Origin: Mobula birostris
Taxonomy: Eukaryota
Reading direction: 5' to 3'
Assembly: GCF_030028105.1 (NCBI RefSeq)
Contig: NC_092379.1
Span: forward strand, 91,871,006 to 91,935,005
Length of the DNA: 64,000 bases
Shown here: piece by piece, positions 25,422 through 36,832 of the stretch
Layout of the letters: each line of letters starts with the position of its first letter
How positions within the stretch are numbered: position 1 is the stretch's first letter
Program-made: the position numbers and the translations under genes
The notes under the pieces: generated by a model
What the model was told of the DNA's origin: nothing
Database searches by the model: none
What the model saw: only the letters and a program-made list of their open reading frames with translations

Positions 25422-26845
25422 CAGAAAATGAATACCAAACCTTCCTCGCCTCGCCTGTTTCCACCTAAGCCCCTTGAGCCGAAGCCCTTAAGCTTCACTC
25501 TGCTCCCGGCTCACTCCACAGCCTGTGAACTACGCTGCCTGCTGTATGAGGCTGTGTTCCTTTTAAATCTTCCGCGCTTCACTGCCCGATGTCACACGCC
25601 TGCAGCAGTCCCGCCTCTCTGAACGCCGATGGGGAAAAACACTGAAAAATTCAAAAATGGCTTCCTCCGCACTCCCACTCCGATTCTCAGACTTCCTTCT
25701 CCGAATATTGGTACCAATATGTACCACGACCTCTGGCTGTTCTCCTTCCCACTTCAGGATATCATGGATGCAATCAGAAACATCGTGGACCCTGGCACCC
25801 GGGAGGTAAACTACCATCCATGCTTCTTTCCTGCGTCCACAGAATCGCCAGTCTGATTCCCTAGCTATAGAGTCTCCTCACTGCTGCCATCCTCTTCCTT
25901 TCTCTACCTTTCTGAGCCACAGGGTCAGACTCTGCCAGAGGCGCCGCCACTGTTGCTTCCCCAGGTAGCCATTTCCTCCCCCACCCCCCAACAGTACTTA
26001 AACAGGAGTACTTATTGTCAAGGGGTACAGCCACAGGGGTACTCTCTACCCTCTGACTCGTGCCCTTCCCTCTCCTGACTGTTACCCACTTATCTGTCTC
26101 CCGAGGCTCTGGTGTGACTATGTGCCTATAAGCTCCTCTCTATCACCTCCTCACTCTCCCTGACCAGACGAAGGTCATCGAGCTGCATCTTCAGTTCCCT
26201 AACGCAGTCTCTAAGGTGCTGCAGCTCGACTCACCTGGCACAGATGTGGCCGTACGGGAAGCTGGGGGTCTCCTGGACTTCCTACATCTGACACTGAGCA
26301 CAGAACATCAGCAAACTAACTCGTCACAAAATCTGCAGCTTTGTTGTCTAATTGACTCAAGTCATTTAACTGGCTTAAATGCTTGATGAAATTCATAGAA
26401 TGAATCAGATGAATTAATAGGAAATTATCATTTTTGATGGTTTTGCATTTACTCAAAAAGTCATCAGTGATCTTCCTCATTGTGTTTTATTTGTGAAAGA
26501 TTTTCTAAAATTATTAGAACTTCAGTATTATGTTTGTTTCTGTTTGAAAGATGAAATGAAACACTTTTTATTTTCATTTCATTGTTTTTTATAGTAATTG
26601 CCTGGGAGAGGGTAGCTCCTAGTTATCTTCACAAATAAATCGTTTCACTTTAGTCTTGATTAAATATGTGCCTTGTTGGTAAATTTTTAGTTTTCTTCCC
26701 TACAACACCACCTGAGATCTAAACTATATTGAAGAATTTTGCCTGCAGTAATTTAAGGTCTTTTTAGTTTGTTTACCAGGTCAGTGTACATATTGAATAG
26801 TCTGCTCAGGAAACTGAATTAACTTCTTGCTCTCTTCTCTATAAG

Positions 26846-26934
26846 ATGTCCGAACCCAGGCCATGTACCAGATGATGGACCAGGGTTTTGTGGGCCTTAT
26901 CTTTTCCTGTTTCATTGAAGACAAGAACACCAAG
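26846..26934 (+). CDS. BRCC3: BRCC3 coding exon 4
   Basis: ctctataAG|(D)VRTQAMYQMMDQGFVGLIFSCFIEDKNTK|GTTTAT; 89 nt; identical to the human segment. Confidence 0.97.
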
Positions 26935-26950
26935 GTTTATATCCGTTTAT

Positions 26951-28168
26951 GTTCCCCTTCTTGCAATTCCTCCGTCTCCGCCGCATCTGCTCTCAGGATG
27001 AGGCTTTTCATTCTAGGACGAGGGAGATGTCCTCCTTTTTTAAAGAAAGGAGCTTCCCTTCCTCCACTATCAACTCTGCTCTTAAATGCATCTCCCCCAT
27101 TTCACGTACATCTGCTCTCACTCCATCCTCCCGCCACCCCACTAGGAATAGGGTTCCCCTGGTCCTCACCGACCATCCCACCAGCCTCCGGGTCCAACAT
27201 ATTATTCTCCGTAACTTCCACCACCTCCAACGGGATCCCACCACTAAGCACATCTTTCCCTCCCCCCCCCCACCCGCTTTCCGCAGGGATCGCTCCCTAC
27301 GCAACTCCCTTGTCCATTCATCCCCCCCATCCCTCCCCACTGATCTCCCTCCTGGCACTTATCCGTGTAAGCGGAACAAGTGCTACACATGCCCTTACAC
27401 TTCCTCCCTTACCACCATTCAGGGCCCCAAACAGTCCTTCCAGGTGAGGCGACACTTTACCTGTGAGTCGGCTGGGGTGATATACTGCGTCCGGTGCTCC
27501 CAATGTGGCCTTTTATATATTGGTGAGACCCGACGCAGACTGGGAGACTGCTTTGCTGAACACCTACGCTCTGTCGCCAGAGAAAGCAGGATCTCCCAGT
27601 GGCCACACATTTTAATTCCACATCCCATTCCCATTCTGACATGTCTATCCACGGCCTCCTCTACTGTAAAGATGAAGCCACACTCAGGTTGGAGGAACAA
27701 CACCTTATATTCCATCTGGGTAGCCTCCAACCTGATGGCATGAACATCGACTTCTCTAACTTCCGCTAATGCCCCACCTCCCCCTCGTACCCCATCTGTT
27801 ACTTATTTTTATACACACATTCTTTCTCTCACTCTCCTTTTTCTCCCTCTGTCCCTCTGAATGTACCCCTTGCCCATCCTCTGGGTTCCCCCCCTCCCCC
27901 CCCGTCTTTCTTCCCGGACCTCCTGTCCCATGATCCCATGATCCTCTCATATCCCCTTTGCCAATCACCTGTCCAGCTCTTGGCTCTATCCCTCCCCCTC
28001 CTGTCTTCTCCTATCATTTTGGATCCCCCCCCCCCCTCCAACTTTCAAATCTCGTACTCACTCTTCCTTCAGTTAGTCCTGACGAAGGGTCTCGGCCTGA
28101 AACGTCGACTGCACCTCTTCCTAGAGATGCTGCCTGGCCTGCTGCGTTCACCAGCAACTTTGATGTGT
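26951..28168 (+). mobile_element. Penelope-like retroelement, 5'-truncated, GIY-YIG endonuclease region and 3' repeat
   Basis: ORF 26949-27743: QFLRLRRICS...CKRNKCYTC...GVIYCVRCSQCGLLYIGETRRRLGDCFAEHLRSV; pyrimidine-rich 3' region; hammerhead motif. Confidence 0.92.
28075..28110 (+). ncRNA. Minimal type I hammerhead ribozyme motif (Penelope-associated)
   Basis: AGTC-CTGACGA-AGGGTCTCGGCCT-GAAA-CG-TC-GACT: stem I AGTC/GACT, core CUGANGA and GAAA, predicted cut after GUC at 28106, essentially no stem III. Confidence 0.75.
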
Positions 28169-28408
28169 GAAGCTTTTTTGATTGCCACTGTGCTGTACCC
28201 CAATCCAAGCTGCAGAGTCTCTTGTTGCTTTCCTTTATGATCAGTATTGTACCAGTAAATAGCTTGTTTGTTTGATCAGTTAATGTTTAAGCTACACCCA
28301 TATTTTAATATGCAGTTACAATAAAACGTAATTAATAGTTCATTGGTTACATAGAGAATGAAGGTACCATGTTTAAATAATACAGTTTGAAGTTGTCATT
28401 TGTTTCAG

Positions 28409-28464
28409 ACTGGTCGAGTTCTCTACACTTGTTTCCAGTCGATTCAAGCGCAGAAAGGTTCTGA
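28409..28464 (+). CDS. BRCC3: BRCC3 coding exon 5
   Basis: tgtttcAG|TGRVLYTCFQSIQAQKGS + GA|GTAAGT; 56 nt. Confidence 0.96.
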
Positions 28465-28833
28465 GTAAGTATAATCAAACATGTAATGTTCAGAGGCATA
28501 ATATTTACTAAAGGATTTGTTTCTTAAAGTGAGCTGATGAATGTTATTGACATGAGGGAATGCCAGGTGAAGGAATGGAAACATTTGACATGTTCTTGCT
28601 TTCATATCACAGTAATTCAGTCTGGATCTAATGACTTGCTTTCTCTACCAGGTATTGAATTTAAGTATGAAATAAGCAAGAGGTAGAGGAAGACTTGTTC
28701 TCAAAATATATAAATTTGTTAGGGCTCTGCTTTAATCTTGGGGATTACACAAGCATTATAAGTCTCTTAAATTAATTTGATGGGCCAGAAAAACACGAGA
28801 ACTCTATTAATTTTTTTAATAATTTTATTTCAG

Positions 28834-28965
28834 GTATGAACGAATCGAAATCCCTATTCATGTTGTACCACATGAAACCATTGGTAAAGTTTGCCTGGAG
28901 TCTGCTGTGGAACTTCCAAAAATTCTTTGTCAGGAAGAGCAGGATGCTTATAGAAGAATTCACAG
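28834..28965 (+). CDS. BRCC3: BRCC3 coding exon 6 (GC donor)
   Basis: ttatttcAG|(E)YERIEIPIHVVPHETIGKVCLESAVELPKILCQEEQDAYRRIH + AG|GCAAGT; 132 nt. Confidence 0.96.
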
Positions 28966-29231
28966 GCAAGTTTATAAATGAGATACAACATCTAGCTTAA
29001 TACTACATATTTCCCTGTCTGTAATTTTGATGTATCCTGCTATGCATGCTGCTGAAACCACCCCCCACTACCCTTTCTTGATTCTTGTCCTGTCTATTCT
29101 CAAACATTTCTGGCCTACCTCCTTCATTCTCTGCTCGAAAATAATTGATGTCATACAAAACACTGCTGCCCATACTGAAAAATACAAACTCATTGTTTCA
29201 ATACCAAGGTGCTTGCTAACTCGCTTCAGTA

Positions 29232-29490
29232 CTTCTTCTTAAGGCCATCACCCCTACTGGGGCATAGGCCACTGACAGCAGCTTGCCAGAGTCCTCTGTC
29301 TTAGGCTTGTCTTTCAAGTTGTCCGCAGGTGTAGCCCATCTTCTAGACCCGTCCTTACCCAGGAGTGAGGTCTTTGGAGTTTCTGTTGGTGTTTCTATAG
29401 CACTTGGATTTTACGGGATGGTGTTGCTAGCCCTATGCCCAATCTTCCTCCTTACATAGCTAGGCTTGGAGCCGTTCATGGTGGAGTTGC
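29232..29490 (-). repeat. Possible RTE-like LINE/SINE 3' end
   Basis: ttcttcttaaggccatcacccctactggggcataggcc... resembles RTE-type 3' termini; recognised by eye only. Confidence 0.35.
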
Positions 29491-30289
29491 TCTTCAATAC
29501 ACCGAGGTTTTAATATTTTCACCATTATTTTCTAGTCCTTTTATGGTTTTGCTCATATCTGTCTTTGTGTAATCCCCATCTATCCTGCAGAATTCTGAAA
29601 TATCTTCATTAAACTGTTGGGCATCTCCTAATGTAGTTGTTCCACCAGATGAGCAGGCCTTCAATTGCCCAGACTTTAAATTCTGAACTTCTAATTTGAA
29701 ACATCATTGCACTTCTGCTTCTCTTTTCTCTGTTAAGATGTGAATCAGAACCCATCCATTTGGGTAAGATTTTGATCATTTGTCTTATTTTTATGGCACT
29801 GCAACAATTTTTCTATCCATGTCTTGAAATACATTGGAGGCTTTTGATCACATTAAATAAATACGTTTGTAGTTATTTAACCTGTGTTTTCAATCTACTT
29901 TCATTTCTGGAGTTCTGGATTTATCATTTTTACTATGTATGTTATTACTATGGAAAACATATTGAAGTCAGTCCTATACAGCTGGAAGAGCTCTAATTTA
30001 AAACTATTACATGTCAGGAGTGCTTTACATGCTGCTTCTGCCAGTCACTAAAACACACACACACACGCACAGTAAATATACCAATTTGTGAGAAGTATTC
30101 CAGTTTCAGCCTGATACAGCTGAGAATCACAACTGCTTCCGAGGTCTGTACAGCTAATAAAAATATCTTAATGCGATTGAATAAACTATCACTGCTTAAA
30201 AATGACAGAAACAATCTATACTGCTGATTGTGGCAGTACTTCTCATCAGATTCCACATAGGAAACGTGGCTGCAGGTCAGGGATACAAG

Positions 30290-33200
30290 TGCATTTAAGG
30301 AAACGGGTTTTAGACTCCCAGTACTGATTATCTTGCTGGCAAAAGTGCAGTCTCTAGTAAATATAATCGAAGATCTCAGCTAGGGTGCTGTATCAGATGA
30401 ACATTAGGACTGCATGTGTCCTTTGTTTCACGGAATTCTGGTTAACCTCTTCCGTACTGGACACATTGATTCAAATGGTTTACTGTACACCATCGGGATA
30501 CATCTATCGGATCTCTCAAAAGCAGAGATGAGGTATATGCCTGATAATCAACTCTTCTTGCTGCACAAATGTATTAGTGTTGTCCCAATTCTGCTCACCA
30601 GACCTGGAGTATCTCACAATTAAGTGCCATCTATTTTACCTGCCGCGGGAGGTTTCTGTGATCATTTTGGTAGTATATATTCCACCTCAGGCCCTTGTCA
30701 AACAGGTTTCAGATGGTCTGAGCAATGATATCAACATGCATAAACAGCACACCCTGATACCTTCACCATCACTTGGGGGATTTTAACTAGACCAGCCTGA
30801 AAAATATTTACTAAATATTTACCATCAGCAAATCACTTGTAGTACCAGAGGAAACAACACACTGGACCACTGTTACACCACCATCAAGAATGCCTACCCT
30901 GCTGGTACATGCCCTCACTTTGGAAAGTCTGATCACCTGGCTGTACTTCTACTCCCTGAGTATAGACAGAGACTGAAGACTGCTGCACCAGTAGTGAGGA
31001 CAAAGAAGGTATGGACAAGGGAAACACAGGACTGCGTACAAGACTGCTTTGAATCAGTGGACTGAACTGTATTCAAGGATTTATCTTCGAATCTGACTTC
31101 ATTAAAACCTGTGTGGATGAGTGTGCCTATAAAAGCTTGTACATTCCCAAACCAAAAGCTGTGGATGAACCAGGAAGTACATCATCTGCTGAGGGCTATA
31201 TCTGCGGCATTGAAGTCTGGTGATCCAGGTCTGTACAAGAAAACAGGTATGACTTGTGGAGGGCTATTTCAACGGCAAAGAGACAATTTGGAGCGAAGTT
31301 GGAGGTGACATTGGATGCACGTCAGCTCTGGCAGGGTTTGCAAGACGTTACTTCCTACAAAGCGAAACCCAATAGCACAAATGGCAGCGATGATTCACTA
31401 CCAGATGAGTTCAATGCCTTTTATGCCTGCTTTGAAAGGGAGAATATGATTACAGCTATGAAGATCCCTGCTGCATTCGATGACCCTGGGATCTCTGTCT
31501 CAGAAACTGACTATTAGGCTGTCTTTAAGGAAAGTGAACCCTCACAAGGCGGCAGGCCCCAATGGAATACCTGGTAAGGCTATGAACACTTGGGCCAAGC
31601 AATGCCTGGAGTACTCAAGGACGTTTTCAACCTCTCACTGCTAGAGTTTGAAGTTTCCACCTATTTCAAAAAGGCAACAATTATACCAGTGCCTAAGAAG
31701 AATAATGTGAGCTGCCTTAATGACTATCACCCAGTAGCACTCACGTCTATGGTGATGAAATGCTTTGAGAGGTTATTCATGGCTAGAATCAACTCCTCAG
31801 CAAGGACCTGGACCCAGTGTAATTTGCCTATCACCTCAAAATGTTTACAGTAGATGTAATCTCCATGCCTCTTCACATGGCTTTAGATCATCCTATGTCA
31901 GGATGCTGTTCGTTGACTATAGCTCAGAGTTTAATACCTTCATTCCCACAATCCTGATTGATAAGTTACAGAACCTGGAGCTGTGTACCTCCCTCTGCAA
32001 TTGGATCCTTGACCTCCTAACCGGAAGACCACAATCTGTGCAGATTGGTGATAATATCTCCTCCTCAGTGGCAATCAACACTGCCACACCTCGGGTGTGT
32101 GCTTAGCCCAATGCTCTATTGTCGATACCCATGGACTATGTGGCTAGATATAGCTCAAATACCATCTATAAATCTGCTGATGATACAACCGTTGTTGGTA
32201 GAATCTCAGATGGAGGTGAGCGGGCGTACAGGAGCAAGATGTAACAACTAGTTGAGTGGAATTGCACCAACAACCTTGTACCTCAGTATCAGTAAGATGA
32301 AAGAGCAAATTGTGAACTTCAGGAAGGGTAAGACAAGGGAACATGAACCAATCCTCATAAAGGCATCAGAAGTGGAAAGAGTGAGCAATTTCAAGTTCCT
32401 GGGTGTCAATATCTCTGAAGATCTAACCTGGTTCCAATATTTCAATGCAGCTATAAAGAAGGCAAGATAGTGACTATATTTCATAAAGAGTTTGAAGAGA
32501 TTTGGTTTGTCAACCGAAACATTTTGAAAACTTCTAATGGATGTACCATGGGGAGCATTCTGACAGGCTGCATCACTGTCTGGTATGGGGGGTGGGTGGG
32601 GTGGGTCTCTTCTCATTATTACTGTCAGGAGGGAGGTACAGAAGCCTGAAGGCACACACTCAGCGATTCAGGAACAGCCTCTTCCCCTCTGCCATACGAT
32701 TCCTAAATAGACATTGAACCCATGAAGACTACCTTTTTTTTTTATATAAACCCCATTTCCACAAAAGTTGGGATATTTTCCAAAATGCAATAAAAACAAA
32801 AATCTGTGGTATGTTAATTCACGTGAACCTCTATTTAACTGACAAAAGTACAAAGAAAAGATTTTCAATAGTTTTACTGACCAACTTAATTGTATTTTGT
32901 AAATATACACAAATTTAGAATTTGATGGCTGCAACACACTCAACAGAAGTTGGGACAGAGTTAAAATAAGATTTAAAAGTGCACAGAATATTCAAGTAAC
33001 ACTGGTTTGGAAGACTCCACATTAAGCAGGCTAATTGGTAGCAGGTGAGGTATCATGACTGGGTATAAAAGTAGCATCCATCAAAGGCTCAGTCTTTGCA
33101 AGCAAGGATGGGTCGTGGCTCACCCCTTTGTGCCAAAATTTGTGAGAGAATTGTTAGTCAGTTCAAAAGGAACATTTCTCAATGCAAGATTGCAGAGAAT

Positions 33201-34475
33201 TTAGGTCTTTCGACATTACAGTACATAATATTGTGTAAAGATTTAGAGAATTCAGAGACATCTCAGTGCATAAAGGGCAAGGTCGGAAACCACTGTTGAA
33301 TGCGCGTGATCTTCAAGCCCTCAGGCAGCACTGCCTAAGAAACCGTCATGCTACTGTGACAATTATAGCCACCTGGGCTCGGGAATACTTCGGAAAACCA
33401 TTGTCACTCAACACAGTCCATCGCTGCATCCAGAAATGCAACTTGAAACTCTATTACGCAAGGAGGAAGCCATACATCAACTGTAGGCAGAAACGCCGGC
33501 AAGTTCTCTGGGCCCGAGCTCATCTCAGCTGGACCGAAAGACTGGAACCGTGTGCTGTGATCAGATGAGTCCACATTTCAGCTAGTTTTCGGAAAAAACG
33601 GGCATCGAGTTCTCCGTGCCAAGGATGAAAACGACCATCCAGATTGTTATCAGCGAAAGGTGCAAAACCCAGCATCTGTGATGGTATGGGGGTGCATCAG
33701 TGCCCACGGCATGGGTGAATTGCATGTATGTGAAGGTACCATTGACTCTGGGGCGTATATTAGGATTTTAGAGAGACATATGTTGCCATCAAGGTGACGT
33801 CTCTTCCCGGGACGCCCATGCTTATTTCAGCAGGACAATGCCAGACCACATTCTGCACGGGCTACAACAGCGTGGCTTTGTAGACACAGAGTGCGTTTGC
33901 TTGACTGGCCTGCTGCCAGTCCAGATCTATCTCCTATTGAAAATGTATGGCGCATCATGAAGAGGAGAATCAGACAACGGAGACCACGGACTGTTGAGCA
34001 GCTGAAGTCTTATATCAAGCAAGAATGGACAAAATTTCCAATTGCAAATCTACTACAATTAGTATCCTCAGTTCCAAAGTGATTAAAAAGTGTTATTAAA
34101 AGGAAAGGTGATGTAACACAATGGTAAACATGCCTCTGTCCCAACTTTTGTTGAGTGTGTTGCAGCCATCAAATTCTAAATTTGTGTATGTTTACAAAAT
34201 ACAATTAAGTTGGTCAGTAAAACTATTGAAAATCTTCTCTCTGTACTTTTGTCAGTTAAATAAAGGTCCACGTGAATTAACATATCACAGATTTTTGTTT
34301 TTATTGCATTTGGAAAATATCCCAACTTTTCTGGAACTGGGATTTGTATATTCTGTTTACTGTAATTGCTTTATTTATTTATTCATTCATTCCTTTCTAT
34401 ATTATCATTTTGCATTGAACTGCTGCTAAGTTAACAAATTTTACGACACATGCCGGTGATAATAAACCTGATTCT
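30290..34475 (+). mobile_element. Long degraded Rex1/Babar-type LINE (EN + RT) with a Tc1 in its 3'UTR
   Basis: [58 protein letters not shown]; 3' end aataaacctgattct near 34470. Confidence 0.88.
32747..34346 (+). mobile_element. Tc1 DD34E transposon, 1600 bp, few lesions
   Basis: About 210-bp TIRs (TAAACCCCATTTCCACAAAAGTTGGGA / TCCCAACTTTTCTGGAACTGGGATTTG), TA on both flanks; transposase from ATG 33108 (MGRGSPL); SDES, QQDNARPH (D at 33834), SPDLSPIENVW (E at 33939), 34 residues between D and E. Confidence 0.95.
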
Positions 34476-34749
34476 AAGATCACATTGAGTTTCCAGGTTT
34501 ATGCTTAACAAAGTCATGGTTCCAAGCTGAAAAGAGAAGGATTGTCCAGAAAAATGGCTGCAAATGCCACAAAGTTTACATTCAGTTTATTGATATTAAT
34601 CGCAATTTGGGTGTTTTGGTAGCTGTCTGTAATGAGGACTTTGCCTTTTGTTGTATGTTTATTAATTTAAGCCACTGTTTTGTGGTCAGTATATTGTTAT
34701 ATTCAATACAAAGTTCTCTATAGAGTTGTAATTTTATTACTTTTTTCAG

Positions 34750-34793
34750 TTTGACACATCTGGACCCAATTACCAAGATTCACAATGGATCAG
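34750..34793 (+). CDS. BRCC3: BRCC3 coding exon 7
   Basis: tttttcAG|(S)LTHLDPITKIHNGS + G|GTAGGT; 44 nt. Confidence 0.95.
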
Positions 34794-34899
34794 GTAGGTA
34801 ATGACTTGATGTGTGTGCAGGGGTGGGGGGGGGTGGTTGTTGGGGGTGAGAATTGCACATTGAGTGGTAAAACAGAAGAGTACTCAGGTGATTGTTGAG

Positions 34900-35400
34900 T
34901 ACATAGACAGTGGAACAGTGCAGCACAGTATCAAACCCTTCAGCCCACATTGTTTGCACCAAGCATAATGCCAATGTAATACCCTCTGCCCTCAAATAGT
35001 CTATATCTTCCTATATCCTGCCTATTCATTAGTCTGCGTAAATGCCTTTTAAATGTTGCTATTATATTTGTTTCTACCGACTCCCCTGGTAGCTCATTCT
35101 AGGCACCTAGCATTCTCTATGTAGAATAATCTTACCTTGTTTTCTACTTTAAGCGTCCCTCCCTCACTTTAAACTTGTACCCTCCAGTATTTGATATTTC
35201 CACCCTGGGAAAAATACTTAACTCTGCCTTTCTTAATTTGATAAACTTTATCAGGTTGCCTCTGGTACTCTGCAGGAAACAATTGAAGTTAGTCCAAACT
35301 TTCCTTATAGTTAATGTACTACAATCCAGGCATTATCATATGTCAAATTTCTCTATCCTCTCCAAAGCCTTCACACCCTTCCTGTGGTGTGGTGACCAGA
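34900..35400 (-). mobile_element. Old CR1 3' fragment
   Basis: ggtgaccagaac, ccctgggaaaaa, cccttcagcccaca motifs shared with the CR1 3' ends at 18720-19140. Confidence 0.55.
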
Positions 35401-35475
35401 ACCAAAATTTTATACTTTTAAAGTGTGTACATAGAGGGAATGGGAGAGACAATGTCAAAGTAAATTTATTATTAA

Positions 35476-36832
35476 AGTGTTGGTGTTCAAATATATCAGC
35501 TTCTGCCTGAGAGGAGACTTGGATCCGTTCCGATTTGCCTACCGGAGCAACAGGTCCACTGCAGATGCCGTCTCATTGGCTCTTTGCTCAACCCTGGAAC
35601 ATCTGTACAGCAAAGGTGCATACTTCAGAAGCTCTTTATCAATTACAGCTCTGCATTTCATACCATCACCCCCTCAAAACTAATCAATAAGCTCCAAGAT
35701 ATTGGCCTCAATATTCTCTTGTGCAATTGGATCCTGGATTTCCACATTTGTAGACCCCAGTCAGTTCAGATTGGCAACAACATCTCCTCCACGATCTCCA
35801 TCAGCACAGGTACACCACAGGGCTGTGTGCTTAGGTCTCTGCTCTGCTTACTTCATACCTATGACTGTGTAGCTAAGCACGGCTCCTTACCATATGTAAG
35901 TTTGCTGATGACACCACTTGTGGGCTGAATCAAAGATGGTGCTGAATCAGCATACAGGAGGGAGATTGAAAATTTGGCTGAGTGGTATCATTAGGACAAC
36001 CTCTCACTCAATGTCACCGAGGAACTGATTGTAGACTTCAGGAGAGGGAAATCAGAGGTCCATGAGCTTGTCCTCATTGGAGAGTCAGAGGTGGAGAGAG
36101 TTAACAACTTTAAACTCCTGGGTGTTACTGTTTCAGAACACCTGTGCTGGACACAACTCGTAAGTGGAATTATGAAGAAAGCACAGCAGCGCCTCTACTT
36201 AGGAGTCTGCAGTGATTCAGCATGACATCTAAAACTTGGACAAACTTCTATAGAAGTGTGGTGGAAAGTGTATTGACTGGCTGTATCACTGCCTGGTATG
36301 GAAACACTAAAGCCTTTGAATGGAAAATCTTACAAAAGGTAGTGGATTAGGCCCAGTACATCACGAGTAAAACCCTCCCAACCATTGAACACATCTACAT
36401 GAAATGCTGTTGTAGGAAACCAGCATCTCATCAGAGTTCCTCACCACCCAGGTCATGCTCTTTTCATGCTGTCATCAGGTAGAAGGTACAAGAGCCTCAG
36501 GACCCGCACTGCCAGGTTCAGGAACAGTTACTACCCTTGAACCATCAGGCTCTTGAACAAAAGGGCATAAATCCACTCACTTGCCCATCCATTGAGATGT
36601 TCCCACAACCAATTATCTCACTTTAAGGACCTTATCATGTTATCTCATGTTTTCGTTACTTATTTATAATTGCATTTGCTCAATTTGTTGTCTTCTGCAC
36701 TCGAGTTGATCTTTCATTGATTCTCTTATAGTTACTATTCTATAGATCTGCTGAGTATGCCTGTAGGATAATGAATCTCAGGGTTGTATGTGGTGACATA
36801 CATGTACTTTGATAATAACATTTACTTTGAAC
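35476..36832 (+). mobile_element. Rex1/Babar-type LINE, RT to 3' end
   Basis: [27 protein letters not shown], aagtttgctgatgacacc (FADD), tail tttactttgaac. Confidence 0.85.

Larger units (their letters stand above)
21339..25706 (-). mobile_element. Near-intact full-length CR1 LINE (5'UTR, ORF1, ORF2, tail), about 4.37 kb
   Basis: Tail (ttctatgtttct on element strand) at 21339; ORF1 24464-25421; ORF2 21408-24458; only three frame breaks. Confidence 0.95.
18720..26310 (-). mobile_element. Older CR1 LINE (18720-21338 and 25707-26310) interrupted by a younger CR1
   Basis: ORFs 18734-19054, 19265-19486 (GNYRPVSLTSVVGK), 19414-19887, 20183-20461 (GDSDHN), 21013-21231, 25563-25817 (VVVHIGTN); sequence rejoins across the insert as cctatgtcatt/ggtaccaatatg. 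Confidence 0.9.
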
